64,000 nt of DNA from the human T2T-CHM13v2.0 reference genome, Homo sapiens. The DNA is taken from the NCBI RefSeq assembly GCF_009914755.1, contig NC_060933.1. One strand, 5' to 3'. The number at the start of each line of letters is the position of its first letter. Position 1 is the stretch's first letter. Shown here piece by piece: positions 1 through 15,008 of this stretch. A model generated the notes under the pieces. That model was not told the DNA's origin and did not search any database. It saw only the letters and a program-made list of their open reading frames with translations. Position numbers and translations under genes: made by a program.

Positions 1-739
1 AATTAAAGAATTAGAGGGTGTAGACAGAGGTTAATGCCAGTGACAAACACAGGGCAGGATTTATTATTATTATAAAGAGTCATTACATACAAAAGATTTT
101 TTTTTAATTCCTAATTCTAACAAAGGGGATCAACCAGAAATGAAACTAAGCTACTTTCTGAAGTGACACTGTATCAGAATAATCCAGATTTGAGTATAAC
201 ATTTTGCCACCCACTGACATTTAGATGAAGGACTGCCTCTCCGGAAGAGTTCAGAACATATTCAGGGGTGAACCTAACACCAAGGAAGAAAGACTACTGA
301 TGAAAATATTTTTCCGCTTTGAACAAATCTGTAAACTACATCTTTCTTTATAGAAAAATGCTTGGAATAGTCACTGTAATATTTAGCTGTGGATAAAAAT
401 TTGTGGAAATAAATACTTTTGAATTAGAAAAAGCAAGGAAGAAGAATGGGGTTGATAGGATGTATATTTAAAATAGATTATCCAGGAACAACTGCACTGT
501 GTTATATATATATGTGTGATAATATATGTGTAATTATATATCACTATATATGATAAATATATCTTTATATCTGGTGCAGGTGAGTAAATAACCCATGCAA
601 ATATTGGGGGGAGGAACAGTCCAGGCACTGCAGGAATATCAAAAAGGTCAATATGACACAAGCAGAGTAATGACAGAGTGACATGGAGTGAGGAGCAGAT
701 GAAATAATAAGAAAAGTAGGCAGGTCGTTTTGAAGGGTA

Positions 740-886
740 TGCTTCTCAAATTCTAATTTGCATATAAATCACCTAGGTTTCACATTAAAATAAAGATTCT
801 GATTCAGGTGGTCTGAAGAGTTTATATTTCTTACAAGTTTCAGGGGATGCTGGTGCTACTGGTCTGTGTATCACACTTTGAATACC
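740..886. mobile_element. MER5-type hAT DNA transposon remnant
   Basis: cttctcaaa...aatcacctagg...gattctgattcag...gatgctggtgctactggtc...cacactttgaata. Confidence 0.7.
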
Positions 887-929
887 AAAGGACTGGAGAT
901 GCGTGCATGGTAAGGAGCTTTGGGTTGAG

Positions 930-1371
930 TACTGTGGGTTGAATTGTGTCTTCCCCAAAAAAGATGTTCAAATCCCAACTCTCAGTACTTGTAAATATGA
1001 CATTACTTGGAAATAAAATCTTGCCTAGTCAATCAAGTTAAGTGGATTCAGATGGGCCCTTATCAAATGACTAGTGTGCTTGTAAGAACGTGGATATTTA
1101 GAAAAACACACGGTGGATAAAGTATGTGAAGAAGAAGGAAGAGATTGGAGTCACGTAACTACAAGCCAAAGAATGCCAAGGATTGATGGCAACTGTGAGA
1201 AGCTAGGAAAAGACAAGGAAGGATCCTCCCCTGGAGTCTTCAGAGACCATGACCCTGATGACACCTTACTTTCAACTCCTAGCCTCCAGAACTGTGAGAG
1301 AATAAATTTCTGTACTTTTAACCTGCTCAGTTGGTGGTAATTTGTTACAGTAGCCTGAGGAAACTAATACC
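930..1371 (+). mobile_element. MLT1C-like MaLR solo LTR
   Basis: gggttgaattgtgtc start, agaactgtgagagaataaatttctg, gaaactaatac end; 5-bp TSD TTGAG (925-929, 1372-1376). Confidence 0.85.
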
Positions 1372-1671
1372 TTGAGTGGGATGGAGAGTGAAGTCATTGG
1401 AGGGTTTTAAGAGAAGAATGGCTCGGTCTGACATATTCTTAAAGAATCACCCTAATTGCAGAAACTAGAATAGACTGAAGGCAAGGGGCTACAGGGAAGT
1501 AGGAAGACCAGTTAGGCGGCTATAGCAGTAAACCTAACTGGAGAGTGGAGAGATGGTGGTTTGAATCAGGGTGGTAGTGACGGTGGTGAGACAGGAACAG
1601 AATCTGAAGATGTTTTGAATTACTATTGATAAAATTTGTTAACATAGTATGAGCTATAAAAAAATGAGGGT

Positions 1672-1961
1672 GGCTGGGAATGGTGGCTTACTCCTGTAAT
1701 CACGGCACTTTGGGAGGCTGAGATGGGTGGATTACCTGAGGTCAGGAGTTTGAGACCAGCCGGGCCAACATGGTGAAACCCTGTCTCTACTAAAAATACA
1801 AACATTAGCCGGGCATGTTGGCGGGTGCCTGTAATCCCAGCTCCTCAGGAAGCTGAGGCAAGGGAATCACTTGAACCCAGGAGGTGGTGGTTGCAGTGAG
1901 CCAAGATCATGCCATTGCACTCCAACCTGGATGACGAGAGTGAAACTCCATGTCAAAAAAA
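1672..1961 (+). mobile_element. AluS
   Basis: Full dimeric Alu with a short A tail. Confidence 0.95.
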
Positions 1962-3272
1962 GTAGAATAATTTATAATACTTTGGGTAGAAACCTAGTAA
2001 TGGGATTGCTGGGTCAAATGGTATTTCTGGTTCTAGAACCTTGAGAAATCACCACACTGCCTTCCACAATAGTTGAACTAACTTACACTCCCATCAACAG
2101 TGTAAAAGCATTCCTATTTCTCCATATCCTCTCCAGTATCTATTGTTTCCTCACTTTTTAGTGGTCGCCATTCTAACTGGCATGGGATGGTATCTCACTG
2201 TGGTTTTGATTTGCATTTCTCTAATGACCAGTGATGTGGGAGATCGGTCAGGGTGGTGGGAGAAGCTATAAGGAAAGACGCAAGCCTTCTTGAAAGGTTG
2301 GAAGGTCTTGCAAAAGCTTCATGAGAGAATAAAGGTGAAGGAAGAAAATTCTCTTTCTCTGAGGCTAAGGGTGAGAAGTAGGTGCAAGGAAAAGTAAAGA
2401 AGTTTATCTAAATAGGCTTGTTTACTTATGTCGCCAGGAAACTGACTTTTGAACTTCTGAGCATGAGACTGCTCCCTGTAAGAGGGAGCAAAAATGTTAA
2501 TTACCCAGCAATTGTGTTGACTCCAGGCCTTGGATGTTATACCAGTACTGAATAAATACAAGCAGCTCTGGCTTATCGAGACTGCTAACTCTCCTCTGCC
2601 CCTAGGGCTCGCAGCCTCCTAGCCTGCTCTTACCCTGTATATTTGTGTCTGAGTACTCCTTTCTTCTGTTGCTCAGCCAGGGTCTGCGGGATGGACCCGG
2701 CACAGTGATGATGAGCTTTTTTTCATGTTTGTTGGCCACATAAATTTCTTCTTTTGAGAAGTGTCTGTTCACATCCTTTGCCCACTTTTTGATGGGGTTA
2801 GCACAAGCACATGTATGTTTACTGCAGCACTATTCACAATAGCAAAGACTTGGAACCAACCCAAATGCCCATCAATGATAACCTGGATAAAGAAAATGTG
2901 ACACATATATACCATGGAATATTATGCAGCCATAAAAAAGAATGTGTTCATGTCCTTTGCAGGGACATAGATGAAGCTGGAAACCATCATTCTCAGCAAA
3001 CTAACACAGGAACAGAAAACCAAACACTGCATATTCTCACTCATAAGTGGGAGTTGAACAGTAAGAACACATGGATACAGGGAGGGGAATATTACACACA
3101 AGGGCCTATCAGGGGGTGGGGGGTAAGGGAGGGATAGCATTAGCAGAAATACCTAATGTAGATGACAGGTTGATAGGTGCAGCAAACCACCATGGCACAT
3201 GTATACCTATGTAACAAACCTGCATGTTCTGCACCTGTATCACAGAACTTAAAGTATAATTTTTTAAAAAAA
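1962..3272 (+). mobile_element. L1PA 3' fragment with 5' inversion (1962-2798 inverted, ~2800-3272 forward), interrupted by an LTR
   Basis: L1 ORF2-end and 3'UTR sequence ending gaacttaaagtataa; the left part is the reverse complement of the adjacent upstream L1 segment. Confidence 0.9.
2235..2702 (+). mobile_element. LTR22-like (HERV-K HML-5) solo LTR
   Basis: TG...CA ends, tgtgggagatcggtcagggtggtggg start, AATAAA near 2552, 6-bp TSD CAGTGA (2229-2234, 2703-2708). Confidence 0.8.
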
Positions 3273-4745
3273 TAGGGCTGCCAAGGGTATAAACAGGGTG
3301 TTTTGTGGCTTAATAACTGTATAACTATAAGGATGGAGTCTATTACCTCCTGATATGAGGAACATGATGAGAGAAGGTGAGAATGGGGAAGATGCTGGGT
3401 AAGTGGGGAGAATAGTAGGAGATTAAGAGCTCTTTTTGAGGTAGGTTCGCTTTGAGATGCCTATTTTGCCTGCAAGTGGAGATAGTAATTAGGCTACTTG
3501 GCATAAGTCTGGAGTCCAGAGCATAGGTCTCCACTGGAGATTTATCTGATATGAGTTATTAAGAGAAATTATGATGTTTGGCAAGCATGTCCTTAAGTTG
3601 TGAGATTAACATCAAGAAGGACAATCATGTACTTCTAAAACATGGTGTTCCGTGTCACTTATTTGAAAACATACTGGGCCATTATTTGACCTGTGACAGT
3701 TCTGACATTCAGTCTAAGACTACCAGATATGAAAGTCAGGAGACTGATTATTTTCTTTTTTGGTGCTTTTCTCACTCTAAACTTCAACTTTCCATATCAT
3801 TAAAACCACTAAGGTAAACAATTAGCCTAAGAGGTATATTCATTATTTTTTTGCTGCCTTTAAATTTGATGCCTCATTGTAAAAAATATGACCTCACTTG
3901 TATTTGTGTGGATGATATTTTAAAAGATCATACTGGGCAGAGAATATGGACACTTTCATTATTTAATACTTTAGACTAATGCCAATCATTCAAACATGAA
4001 TTCTTCATTCATCTGTCTTGTCAAAGAAACAGAGCTCATATTGCATATGTGAAATATCACCTAGTGTCTATTTCAATCGTATATATTTTCTGTTTGTATC
4101 TTAGAAAAATTATTTCACCTCAACAAGCATATTGCTTTTTGGAATTATCTGGATATAGTGATAAAATAATTATTTTCATCAACATCTGAAGAAAATGCCT
4201 ATGTATCTGTTGGGATGGGAGGTGGGATGGAGAGGTGTGCAGTTGTCTAGCACCACTTGTGGCTGGGAAGGTATGTGTGTCTACAGTAACAGAAAAATCT
4301 ATTGTTACCCCAAAGATTCCCCATAGCTCCTTTAAAAATAAACCTGCCATCTTGATCTCCATCTGCCTGAATCTTTGCGTATCTCTCCCTTAGTTCCAAA
4401 TTCTGACAGAGAATAGAAGCATATTTATCAATCCTTCAAGCCCCAGTAGAAGCATCAGAGGGAGAAAACTTACCTATTTTGAAATGGTTGACCAATTCTC
4501 AGTGACAAAGCTATAGTTACAGTCTGATTTTCTTGTCCATTGCCAAGAAAAAATGATTCAGTCTGACTCCAATTTATAAGGGCATGTTGAACAGCAAGAA
4601 TCCTACTTGTAGAGATTCTTCTTCTAGGCATGAGGAATGGTTACTCCAGGTAATGGATTCCTAATTTGCCCTTCTGTGGAACTAGATTTGCATGACAGAT
4701 GACAGAATATTTGTCACCTTAAGATTCTTAAAAAAATTAATTTAA

Positions 4746-5103
<358 letters not shown>

Positions 5104-5302
5104 CTGAAGTTTTTCTAAGGCTGCCAAAATTGTAGTCACCAACATGATAGGTACCATTTTTCCATTATCCAGTATAAAATGTATATAATATGTTATATAA
5201 TATAAAACTTAATGTATCTGCTGGTGCATATAGCTTTAATATCATATAAGCTATATGAAAGCAGAAATATGCATTTAAATTCAACATTTGCAGAATGTTT
5301 CC

Positions 5303-5604
5303 TTTTTTTTTTTTTTTTTTCTTGAGACAAGAGTCTCGTTCTGTCGCCCAGGCCGGAGTACAGTGGTGTGATCTCGGCTCACTGCAACCTCTGCCTCCCG
5401 GGTTCATGCCACTTTCCTGCCTCAGCCTCCTGAGTAGCTGGGACTACAGGCCCCCGCCAACACACCCAGCTAATTTTTTGTATTTTTAGTAGAGACGGGG
5501 TTCACCGTGTTAGCCAGGATGGTCTTGATCTCCTGACCTCGTGATCCGCCCACCTCAGCCTCCCAAAGTGCTGGGATTATAGGCATAAGCCACCGTGCCC
5601 GGCC
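5303..5604 (-). mobile_element. Alu (Y/Sc-like)
   Basis: Full-length Alu with poly-T. Confidence 0.95.
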
Positions 5605-8600
5605 TGCTTTCAGCTCTTACAATCGAGGGTAAATCTACTTATAGGGTGGATTGCAATATGCATATATTTGAAGAAACCTGATACACATTGCTTCATTTTT
5701 TCATACAGCCTTAAGCAGATTATTAAATTTACCTTTTTATTTGAGTACTAACACTTTTCCTACATAGTTAGAGAGAGCTGTTTGCTCAGTTAATGCAGCA
5801 AAGGGATGAGGGTAAGAATGTGTGACAGTTAGCTCATTCTGATTTGCTTATTGATTGTTGGACATATTCCCTCAATTACTTGACCTCAGCTCCCATACTG
5901 AGGCTTACATTAGGTGAACACCCAGGGTCTCAGGGCTCCACGTGGGTGTTTGAAATCACTTGTCTAGATATATAAAAGAGAACAGAATATACTCACCACT
6001 TGCTTGGACACATTTTACTGCCTAAACAGTTCATTTACACTGGCCAGTGATGCATTGCTTCTTGCCCCTAAGCGTTTCTCAATCTGTGTTTTGTATCTAA
6101 AATACGCCTTTTTATCCATAATCTTTTAAGTTGTCTTTTTTTGCTAGCATTGCTTATAAAATCTCATTTTCTCCAAGAAATCTCTCTTGAAGCTTAGAAA
6201 AACAAAATTGGGGTAATATTTTCTAGGTAAATAGGCACAATTCTATAATACTATATTCCATGATTTGTATTAAATATAATATAAATATCGATACATAGTC
6301 TTTGTCTTTCAGAATAGGTATGTTATGTTCATATGTGTCAGGTTGGATCAGTATTTAAATTTTACTACTGACATAAACAAAGAGTTATTAGCAATTTTTA
6401 AAAGTTGCTGTGCAATTTGTCATATTTCATTGGGCTCCTTAATGACAAATATGTCCAAGATTATATTGAGAGATGCCATTTTCTGTGCTTTATCCCCAGA
6501 TTTGGGAATGATACTTATTACAGCTTTCAGAATTTCAAGAAATAGTAGCACTACTTTTAACTAGACTAAAGTCTTTTGTTTTTCTTTTGTATCACTTTCT
6601 GGACATTTGTAAATTCACAGGATGTCTTCCTCAAATCACAAAATGCCTATCTTCTAATTCAATTGGGAGGTCAGATACTGGTTTAATTCTGGAGCCATAT
6701 GAATATTGCCTGAGTTAGTGTTATAGCTGAATATCATGCAAATGTGGAAGAAGTCTATTGAATCAATGTCATTTTATACATGGAAATAAGCAAACAGTTG
6801 TAAATAATATGGAATATTAAAAATCTTTCCAGTAAACCAATGTTTATGCTTTTCAATTGTCTTGCTAAAGAAACATAGCTTCTTTAGCAAGATGTAATAT
6901 ACCATGATGGAAAATATTGTGCTGGAAATAAAGAAAATAACAAATTTTGGGTCTCAGCTTAGGTTATCAGTTACCTAGTCTTAAACAAATGATATATCAC
7001 CAGTGAAATTTAGCTTTTAGACATCAGTAAAGTAAGAAAATAAGCCTTGTTTACCATGAAATTTGATGCAAAAATTAGGTAATATTTAACTGGACTTATA
7101 AAGGACTTATTTTTTCAAGAAACAATAAGAAAATGACCTGAAATAGTATAAGTTTTTATTCATAAGTAAAATTATTGCTAATTCACTTTACAATAGTCTA
7201 CTTTTATTAATGGTGATCCTTGCATATTAAGACTTACAATCCTATTAATAATTGCTCACCTACAAATGACATTTGTCAAGGGATCAAAGTCTTCATGTAC
7301 CACATAAAATATTATAACAAAGTAAACCAGCTGTATGCCTTTGATCACTACATCAATATCTAGATCGTTTAGTTTCTATTTCTGTTCCATTCTGCCAGCC
7401 AAGGGTCTTTATAAAAATACAAAGGAAAATGAACAGCTAGTAACACATTTGATGTGCCACTCTGATGAACTTCAGAATGCTTAATATCGTCTTGTTTAAT
7501 TTCATGTTTCAAAAAGCTTCTCAATGGCAGGATCAATTACTTTCAATCTCCACATCAATCAGTCTAGATGGTTCTCATGATTTGCTAAGTATAGCTGCAA
7601 ATTGAACTTTGTGAACCCACGATGCATATTGTGTTAATTCTTGATATGGAAGGATCCTTCTGCAGAATAAGCGGAGCTGAAAAAGGTGTGCTTACTTTCA
7701 CAAACTGAATGTTATTTAAGGAATAAAAGGTATTCTTTAAAGTGTTAAATCCAGATGAACACTGAAAAATACAGTCTTCAGAAAAATCAAGTGATTTCAC
7801 TTCTGTATTCATTGCTGAAATGAGAACATCATTTCATTTCTAATTCTAATTTGAATTTTGATTTAAGGTTAAAAACACTTTAGGATTGTTTTGTATTGCA
7901 GAATAATCTGTAACTTGTTCTGTAAACACTAGTTGCTAGGCTAAAACAGTGAGTTATATTTCTTTGTGTATGATACTATTCCTTTATTGTCAATTTTTCC
8001 TGAACTCACCAGTAGAATATATTTTAATTTGAATAATTTAAGAAGCAATGTCACCAATATGGATAGAACAATAATTTCACTTTTGTTGCTAATTTAATTA
8101 AGAAGGTGATTTTTAGCAATATCCATTTCTATTTGGTTGTGTTTTTATCTATTTCAATTATTTTCTATATTGGAAGTAATTATGAATTTTAATTTTCATA
8201 CAGCTCTCTTATCTTTTACTTAAAAAATTTAATGTTTAATGAATTTGGAGGGAGGGCCAACCTTCATTCTTACATTTATTTATACATTCAATGGGAAAGC
8301 AGTACTATTCTCCTGAATGTTCAAACAAGCAATGGAAATTTGCAAGAGAGAAATAATTTAAAATTTTCATCACATTGTATTGAAATTTCTTCTTTGTTTC
8401 CATTTTTTCACCAGATCTTGAGTTCTTGAAGATGCATTGCCCATAGATGGTCTTCATTAATTTAAGCAATGTTTTCAGGGAAGTTATTCTGTGAATATGC
8501 CTGTAGGATTTAACTGGTCTTTGAATTATGGATATTATTTGGAAAGCTGGAGAGGAGAGTGAAGGACACTATATAGGTGGGCAAACATCTTGAAATTTTG

Positions 8601-9339
8601 AAACATTGTGTAATTATTTTACACATAACTGGCTGGACATGACCAACAGGTATAAGAATAGAATCTGTTGGTTGCTAAAACTATACATTTTTAGTTAATG
8701 TCCAACATGTACCAATAGATGCCACTGAAGATCTTCTATGAAGTTCCTCCTAAGAGTCATAACTGGTGAACACAGTTCATCCATGGGGAATACAGACTAT
8801 AACTTACTAATGGATTTAGGAAGGAATCTACCTAGCATTTTTGGGAAAATGTGAATAAATCAACCTGATCAATGTGGTGGGTTCCTCTAGAAAATAGAAA
8901 AATAGGGTTAGGCTAAGTAATGTGGAGATTTGAGAAGATAGATCTGGGGTGATTGATAGAATATTAGATATAACAAAGGCAGTCTCTTCAACTTTACCAA
9001 CTTTTTCTTGTCATTTGTGCTGGTGTCTATCAAATTGTATGTGACTGCTTGCTTTCAATATGGCAAATGCATCTTCAGAAACATTATAACTAAGATAACT
9101 TTTCCAATAGAGTGCAAAATGTGCATCTCTAGAAAGGTTTACTCAGAGAACTCTGGCAATACAATGCCACATACATGCAGCGTTATGATCTTTAGTTTGA
9201 TTTCTCCTTCCCTTGACCCGAATAGGACTCTACAGTCAAGGAAGTTGAATGGAGAGGGAATTTGAGAAGTCAGGCTGTGTTTGTTAAAAGGGTTTTATGA
9301 TGTCTTCTCTTTGAGAAAATATACCGGCTATTGTATTTT

Positions 9340-9522
9340 CCTTCCTTCCTTCCTTCCTTCCTTCCTTCCTTCCTTTATTGTAACTTCCTTCCTTCCTTCC
9401 CTCCTTCTTTCCCTGTTTCCTCCCTCCCTCCCTCCCTTCCAGCCTTCCTTCTTTCCTTCCTCCCTCCCTTCCTTCCTTCCTTCCTTCTCTCTCTCCTTCC
9501 TTAACTCCTTTCTTTCCTTCCA
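9340..9522. repeat. (TTCC)n polypyrimidine microsatellite
   Basis: Directly visible. Confidence 0.97.
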
Positions 9523-9544
9523 TCCAGAATTATTTTTGAGAAAC

Positions 9545-9770
9545 ACTGTGATGTGTCAGTTGGTAGCACATTCTCTGGAGCTGGCTGCTTGGATTAAAAT
9601 CATAACCCTTCCTCCTATTAGCTATGTGACCTTGAACAAGCTACTAGGCTATAAATTAGGACTAATAATGGCATCAATATGATCCTGCTATAGATTGAAT
9701 TGTATGAGTTAATGTATGTGAAGCATTTTTATATGGTAAGAATTGGATAAAATACAGTTACTATTTTATT
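9545..9770. mobile_element. MIR
   Basis: tattagctatgtgaccttgaacaagcta MIR core. Confidence 0.7.
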
Positions 9771-9789
9771 TATTGAACACTTCACATTT

Positions 9790-10600
9790 TTTAGCTTTTT
9801 ATTTTGAAAAGATCATAGATCCATAGGGAGTTTCAAATACAGAGAGGTCTCGTGTACTATTCTACACAGTTTATTTCAAGAGTTACATCTTGTATAATTT
9901 AGTACAATATCAAGACCAGGCATTGACATTTATACAATGTGAATGCATAGGTCTATGCCAACTTTATCACATGTTGATTAATGTGACCATTATTACAATT
10001 AAGTTACAGAACTCTTCCATCACTAAAAGTGTCTTCCTCACATTTTATAGCCATATTCATCTCACATTCCCATACCATCACTAACCTCTGGAAATCACTA
10101 ATCTGTTTTCTATATGTATGTTATTTTATTAAAGTTATATACATGAAATAATATGCCATGTGTCCTTTTGATATTTGCTTTTTTTCACTAAGCATAATGC
10201 CCTTCAGATCTATGCAAGTTATTGCATGTGTCAAAAGTATATTCTTTTTTATTTCTGGGTAGTATTTAATCATATGGATATACCACAGTTTATTCAACCA
10301 TTCACCTGTCCAACATCTTGGATGTTTCCAGTTTTTCTCTGTTAGAATTAAAGGTGCTATGAAAGATATTAAAGATCGCATATAGGTTTTCATTTCTCTT
10401 AGATAAATTTCCAGGGGTGCAGTTGCTGGATCTTATTATAAATATATGTTTAGTTTTTAAAGAAACTAATAAATTATTTCCAGAGTATTATAACATTTTA
10501 CAATTCAAATAATGTATGAATGATACAGTTTCTTCATCATTGCCAGCTTTTGTTGTCACTATTTTTATGTTTAGTTGTTTTAATAGGTGTGTAGTTACCT
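9790..10600 (-). mobile_element. Old L1M 3' end
   Basis: atggatataccacagtttattcaaccattcacctg...gtttccagttt. Confidence 0.85.
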
Positions 10601-10609
10601 AGTATTTTG

Positions 10610-11490
10610 ATAAGAGCTGAGGATACAAATTTGAGTTGATCAAGAAATCAAACAGAAAACAATCATTAAAGATTACAATAAAAATAAACAAAGTGAGGAG
10701 ACTGCTAGTAACCAAGGAAGGAACTTTAATTAAGGTATTTCAGAAAACTTCTTAGCCAAGATTTCAAAGAACAATGATCTAATTTTACAAAAAGCCATCG
10801 AAAGCTTATTTTAGAAAGAAAGAGAAACAAGCACAAAATTCTAGAGGCAGAAAAAGGGTTGACATATACAAAGACTGTGGAAATAATTAAGAATGTTTTG
10901 GGTGTGATAAGAAAAGAAGGGAAGTGTATGACATGTGTTTGGAGAGGTAGGTAGAAAACATCAAGCCAGGATCTGTGGTCATTAAAAAGAAGTTGGAAAT
11001 TTTTATTTATATTAGCAGAGGAAAGCCAATCAAGGAGTTAAAGCAGAAAGTAGGGAATGAAGAGTCAAGATCTTGTGTGCTTTAAAAAAAAAAAGCCACT
11101 CTGACTACCGTGAAAATAGAGCATTTAGGGAGGAGATGACAAGTGGGGAGGCAGATTTGCAATGCATTGTGGTATTCTGACAGAGAGATGGGTGTGGCTT
11201 TGAGAAGTGTTCACGGAAGAAATGGAAATCTTGGAAATGGAGAGTCATGGGGAAAAAAAGAACCTAGGTCGACCTCTAGGTTTTGGGCATGAGTCATACA
11301 GGCACAGTGTAGTACCATTTATTGAGATAAGAAAGCTGTTGAAGGAATTTTGTTTTGCTTTGTTTCAGTGTGAACATGTGCAGCAGTCAGCTTGATTTCA
11401 GACATACTAAATTTGAGTTTTCTGTTAGACACGCAGGAGATTTCAAATAGGAGATTGGATATATTAGCTAAAATATTGCATCTGCAAGTC
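10610..11490 (-). mobile_element. L2 fragments
   Basis: Degenerate L2 phrases (gtagtaccatttattgagataag, gagtttt...gacatactaaatttgag). Confidence 0.6.
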
Positions 11491-14400
11491 TCTTTTTTCA
11501 ACTGATCTTAGATGGACGGATAAATAAGATAAACCAGTTGAAGTCCAGTGGAAAAATATTCCATTAAAATAAGACCTATTTGGGCTTCTCTTATGATATT
11601 TTGCCCTTTCTTATCTCTGTGACTAGAGTGAATAATAATAATCAGAGATGCAGTTTTCTCACCTGTGCAATAGTAATATCTATTAGATATGCATAGTGTG
11701 GAAAATTAGGTAAACTCATTCATACAAAGTAACTCTGACATTGAAGGTTCTAAAATTAACAACATTTAGAATTTTAATCTTCCATCTAGTTTTACCATTT
11801 GGAGTATATAAGGAAACCTAGAAAGAAACCTTATATCCACTTGTCTATCCTATAATGTTTGCACATTATAGGGTATAATCTCAGGGCATAAATACAACTT
11901 TTTATAATTCCTATAGAGTGATACTCTTAGGCCAATATTACTGATCTTCAAAAGTGGGGTATTGAGGTATTTTACTTGGTTGTAAGCCATCAACGCGTTT
12001 TACAAATGTGATATTATGTTTTGATATTAGTAAAAAAAAGAAGCTTCAAAATGTCCTCTCTTTCTTTGAATGCAATCACAATCATTTCCTTTTTGAATTT
12101 TAAATATAAGTAACCTAAAACTTAATAACTTGCTCACAAGTCTAGAAGCAGACAAAATATCACCCACAAACCTGATTTATAATACTACTTTAAACTGACT
12201 TAAGATTTTAGACATTCATAAACATCTTTTAATCTATTCCCTTTTTGCATGGATATGTAAATATATACTCCAGGAGGTATAATTTTTGTAGTTATTGTAG
12301 CACTTTTGTAATGAAGAACTAAGTCTATTTTCACAGTGATAGAGAATTGAGTTGAGTTCTTTTGACCCTGGATGGATTTGTCTATTTTTTAAGGTGCTAC
12401 TTAAAAACGTATAGGAGAAAATAAAAATAAATTATCTCTTTCATAAGTTAAAAATATTTTACATTTCAGCATTCTGAAAGCACAGAGGATTCAACAAAAA
12501 TGATGGTTTAGAATCAAATACAATAAAGAAACATCAGCTTGAGATCAGACTCTCTGAGGAATGTTTTTTTTTCCTGATGAATCTGAGCCATTCAAGGTCC
12601 TTATAAATACATGAGAGCACCTTTGATTTTTGACTTTTTATAGTTAACAATTTCAGTTTGCTAATATAAAAGACCTCATGCCTTTTCATCCAGAAAACAG
12701 AGAACACTTTCTATTATGTAAGAGTATTATGTTTGAAGGAATATGTTTGCTTCAACTATGCATGCTATGGTACAGAAAGCAAAACCACCTCCTTGTAGGT
12801 CTAAATCCAAGGGGTTTTCAATGTATTTGGGTTAAGTCATGTTGTAAGGTTATAGCTCACTAAGATTTTTACAAGATGCATTATTAAACATGAATCTTCT
12901 GTAACGTGTACAGCATATCTTGTATAAAACAATGCAATATTTTCTTCTAAGTATGGGATGGCTTTGGTCACCCATGCTTAAAAAAACTTTGAAGAGACAA
13001 TTCATCTTTTTCCTATGAAGCAATTTTTATTAATTGACATAATTCTTCAGCAGTCAAGCTATTACTGTCATTAGGTAGTCCTTTCCTTTATTCAGAAGCC
13101 CAAGAAGTTAGTAGAGGTTTGTATACTACGCACCTTTCACCAGAAAATAAAAAGGGAGAACTTTAAGTATTTGACATCATCAAAAATTAGGTGTTATGGT
13201 GCTATGCTTAAGTTTTGATATTATATATTAATTACATTTCCCTTAGTACTACCTCCTCTGAATTCTTGAGCTTGTCAGTAGTTGAAAACATTTGAACCTA
13301 AACCATTTTTGCACATTCAGAACTAAATGTCTGGGTAACTTGAGAATTAATACTCTACAACCTGTGATGGAGCAGGGAGCAGGGTCAGCTGTCCATTAGC
13401 ATCTCTTGTGAGGTCTCTCCATTTTCATAAAGAGGCTTGAGAAAATCTCCAGATTTGCCTGAGGGTAGACACAAAGCAATGCTCAGTTATACTCAATGTT
13501 ATCAACCTACTGGACTTGGTATAAAATACTTTTTGAGCACTGTATTGCCTATTAAAAAACAGTAAAGTGTAAAAGATAGTTCTTTAGACAAATAGGGCCA
13601 CGGAAATGCCAAATCATTACTTTTGGTGTCTGTAATGCCTCACAAAGTTATAAACTTTTATGAATAATTTGCTAAGAAATTAGCTCTAATGACAGGTAGT
13701 TTATGTATATACCTTGATAACATCTACAGGTATCTTATGCACATGACATTATAGAAATATTTGTTTGGGTTTTTCTCAACCAGTCATTTTCTACACCATA
13801 ATTCCAGCTCAGCCCACTCCACTTGCAGTTGCTTGCTCTCATCTTCTAACTCCTGTTTATTCTTCTCAATTTCTGCTGCAATGGCTTCAATTAACCTGCT
13901 CCTCTGTATCTTGTATGCTTTTTAGTTCACTGCTTATTTCCTTCTTCCTGCTGGAAAACTTGGCTAAATAACTCATATTAATATTTTAGCCTCATTTGGC
14001 TTTAAGATTATCTCATAAGGATATCCTATATAAATGGTGGTTAATATTTCTGAGCACCAACTTCCCTTACTCCAGCTTTCAGACTTCTTCCCATTGTTAT
14101 GACAATTGAAGGCTTTTTAAATTCCTGTTTTAGGAGAAGTGGCCCAAAATTTGCCACAGATCTATGATGTTTTAATTAATACTGACCTCTGAATGATCTA
14201 GAAAATAATGGTAAACCATGTATACATATTTGTGTGTGCACATGTGTGCATGTATCCATAGCATCTGTGTGTGTGTACATTTTATAGATTGTCTTTGTAT
14301 GAAGAAATATACTGAATATCCAAATAAGCATAATTTCTATACAAGTGAGGTATGTGGGTTAAAATCTAGTGAACAAAATATAACTATACATTCATGATTT

Positions 14401-15008
14401 GGAAACCTTTTAACATGATTCTTGAGGAATTACTCAATTGTTAATTGTTTCTGCCTTCTCTACCAAAATGACTAATATTTGGACTGAAAAGAAAAAAAGA
14501 GAACCTCGGTAAGGAAAAGTGGAATTTCTGTAGGTGGTAACTCTGGAATATCCCACCAAGAGAATGAATCAGATTAAAATAATGACTGTAGAAATTTCCT
14601 TGTTAGTGGATATTCAGCCTGGCTTTAAGGAAAATGTAGCTCTCTCTTACTGCTTTGTATCTTATTTCTTTTACTATGTCAATTCTCACCTTAGTAGAAA
14701 TACTACTAGTTCTAGTACCATGGCTATCATAGATGCAACCATTATATTCCATTTAGTTTCTTCCTCAGGTTCCCTAACAATTGTTTGAAACTGAATATAT
14801 ATGTTTATGTGTGTGTGTGTTCACTTTCACGTATATGGTGTATATGGGATGTGTGCAGTTTTCAGTTTTATATATATTCATATACATACATGCATATATA
14901 TGTATAATATACTTTCAAAAACTAGGAAAAGAAAACCAAAAGTCATTCTTGCAGTGTCTCTGATTGCACTGACTTGATGCAGAATTGGTGCATTAACATA
15001 TGTATGCA

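Larger units (their letters stand above)
580..3560 (-). mobile_element. Ancient L2 LINE, fragmented (about 580-730, 890-929, 1372-1665, 3280-3560) by younger insertions
   Basis: L2-type purine-rich phrases, e.g. ggaagaccagttaggcggctatagcagt and tttgagatgcctattttgcctgcaagtggagat, resume on both sides of the inserts. Confidence 0.7.

Noticed and set aside
7696-7761. 66-bp exon-like segment on the minus strand (tttcag...gtaagc)
   Set aside because: No recognisable peptide or neighbouring exons; such signals occur by chance in AT-rich DNA
9281-9682. LPSF-repeat ORFs
   Set aside because: Translation of (TTCC)n
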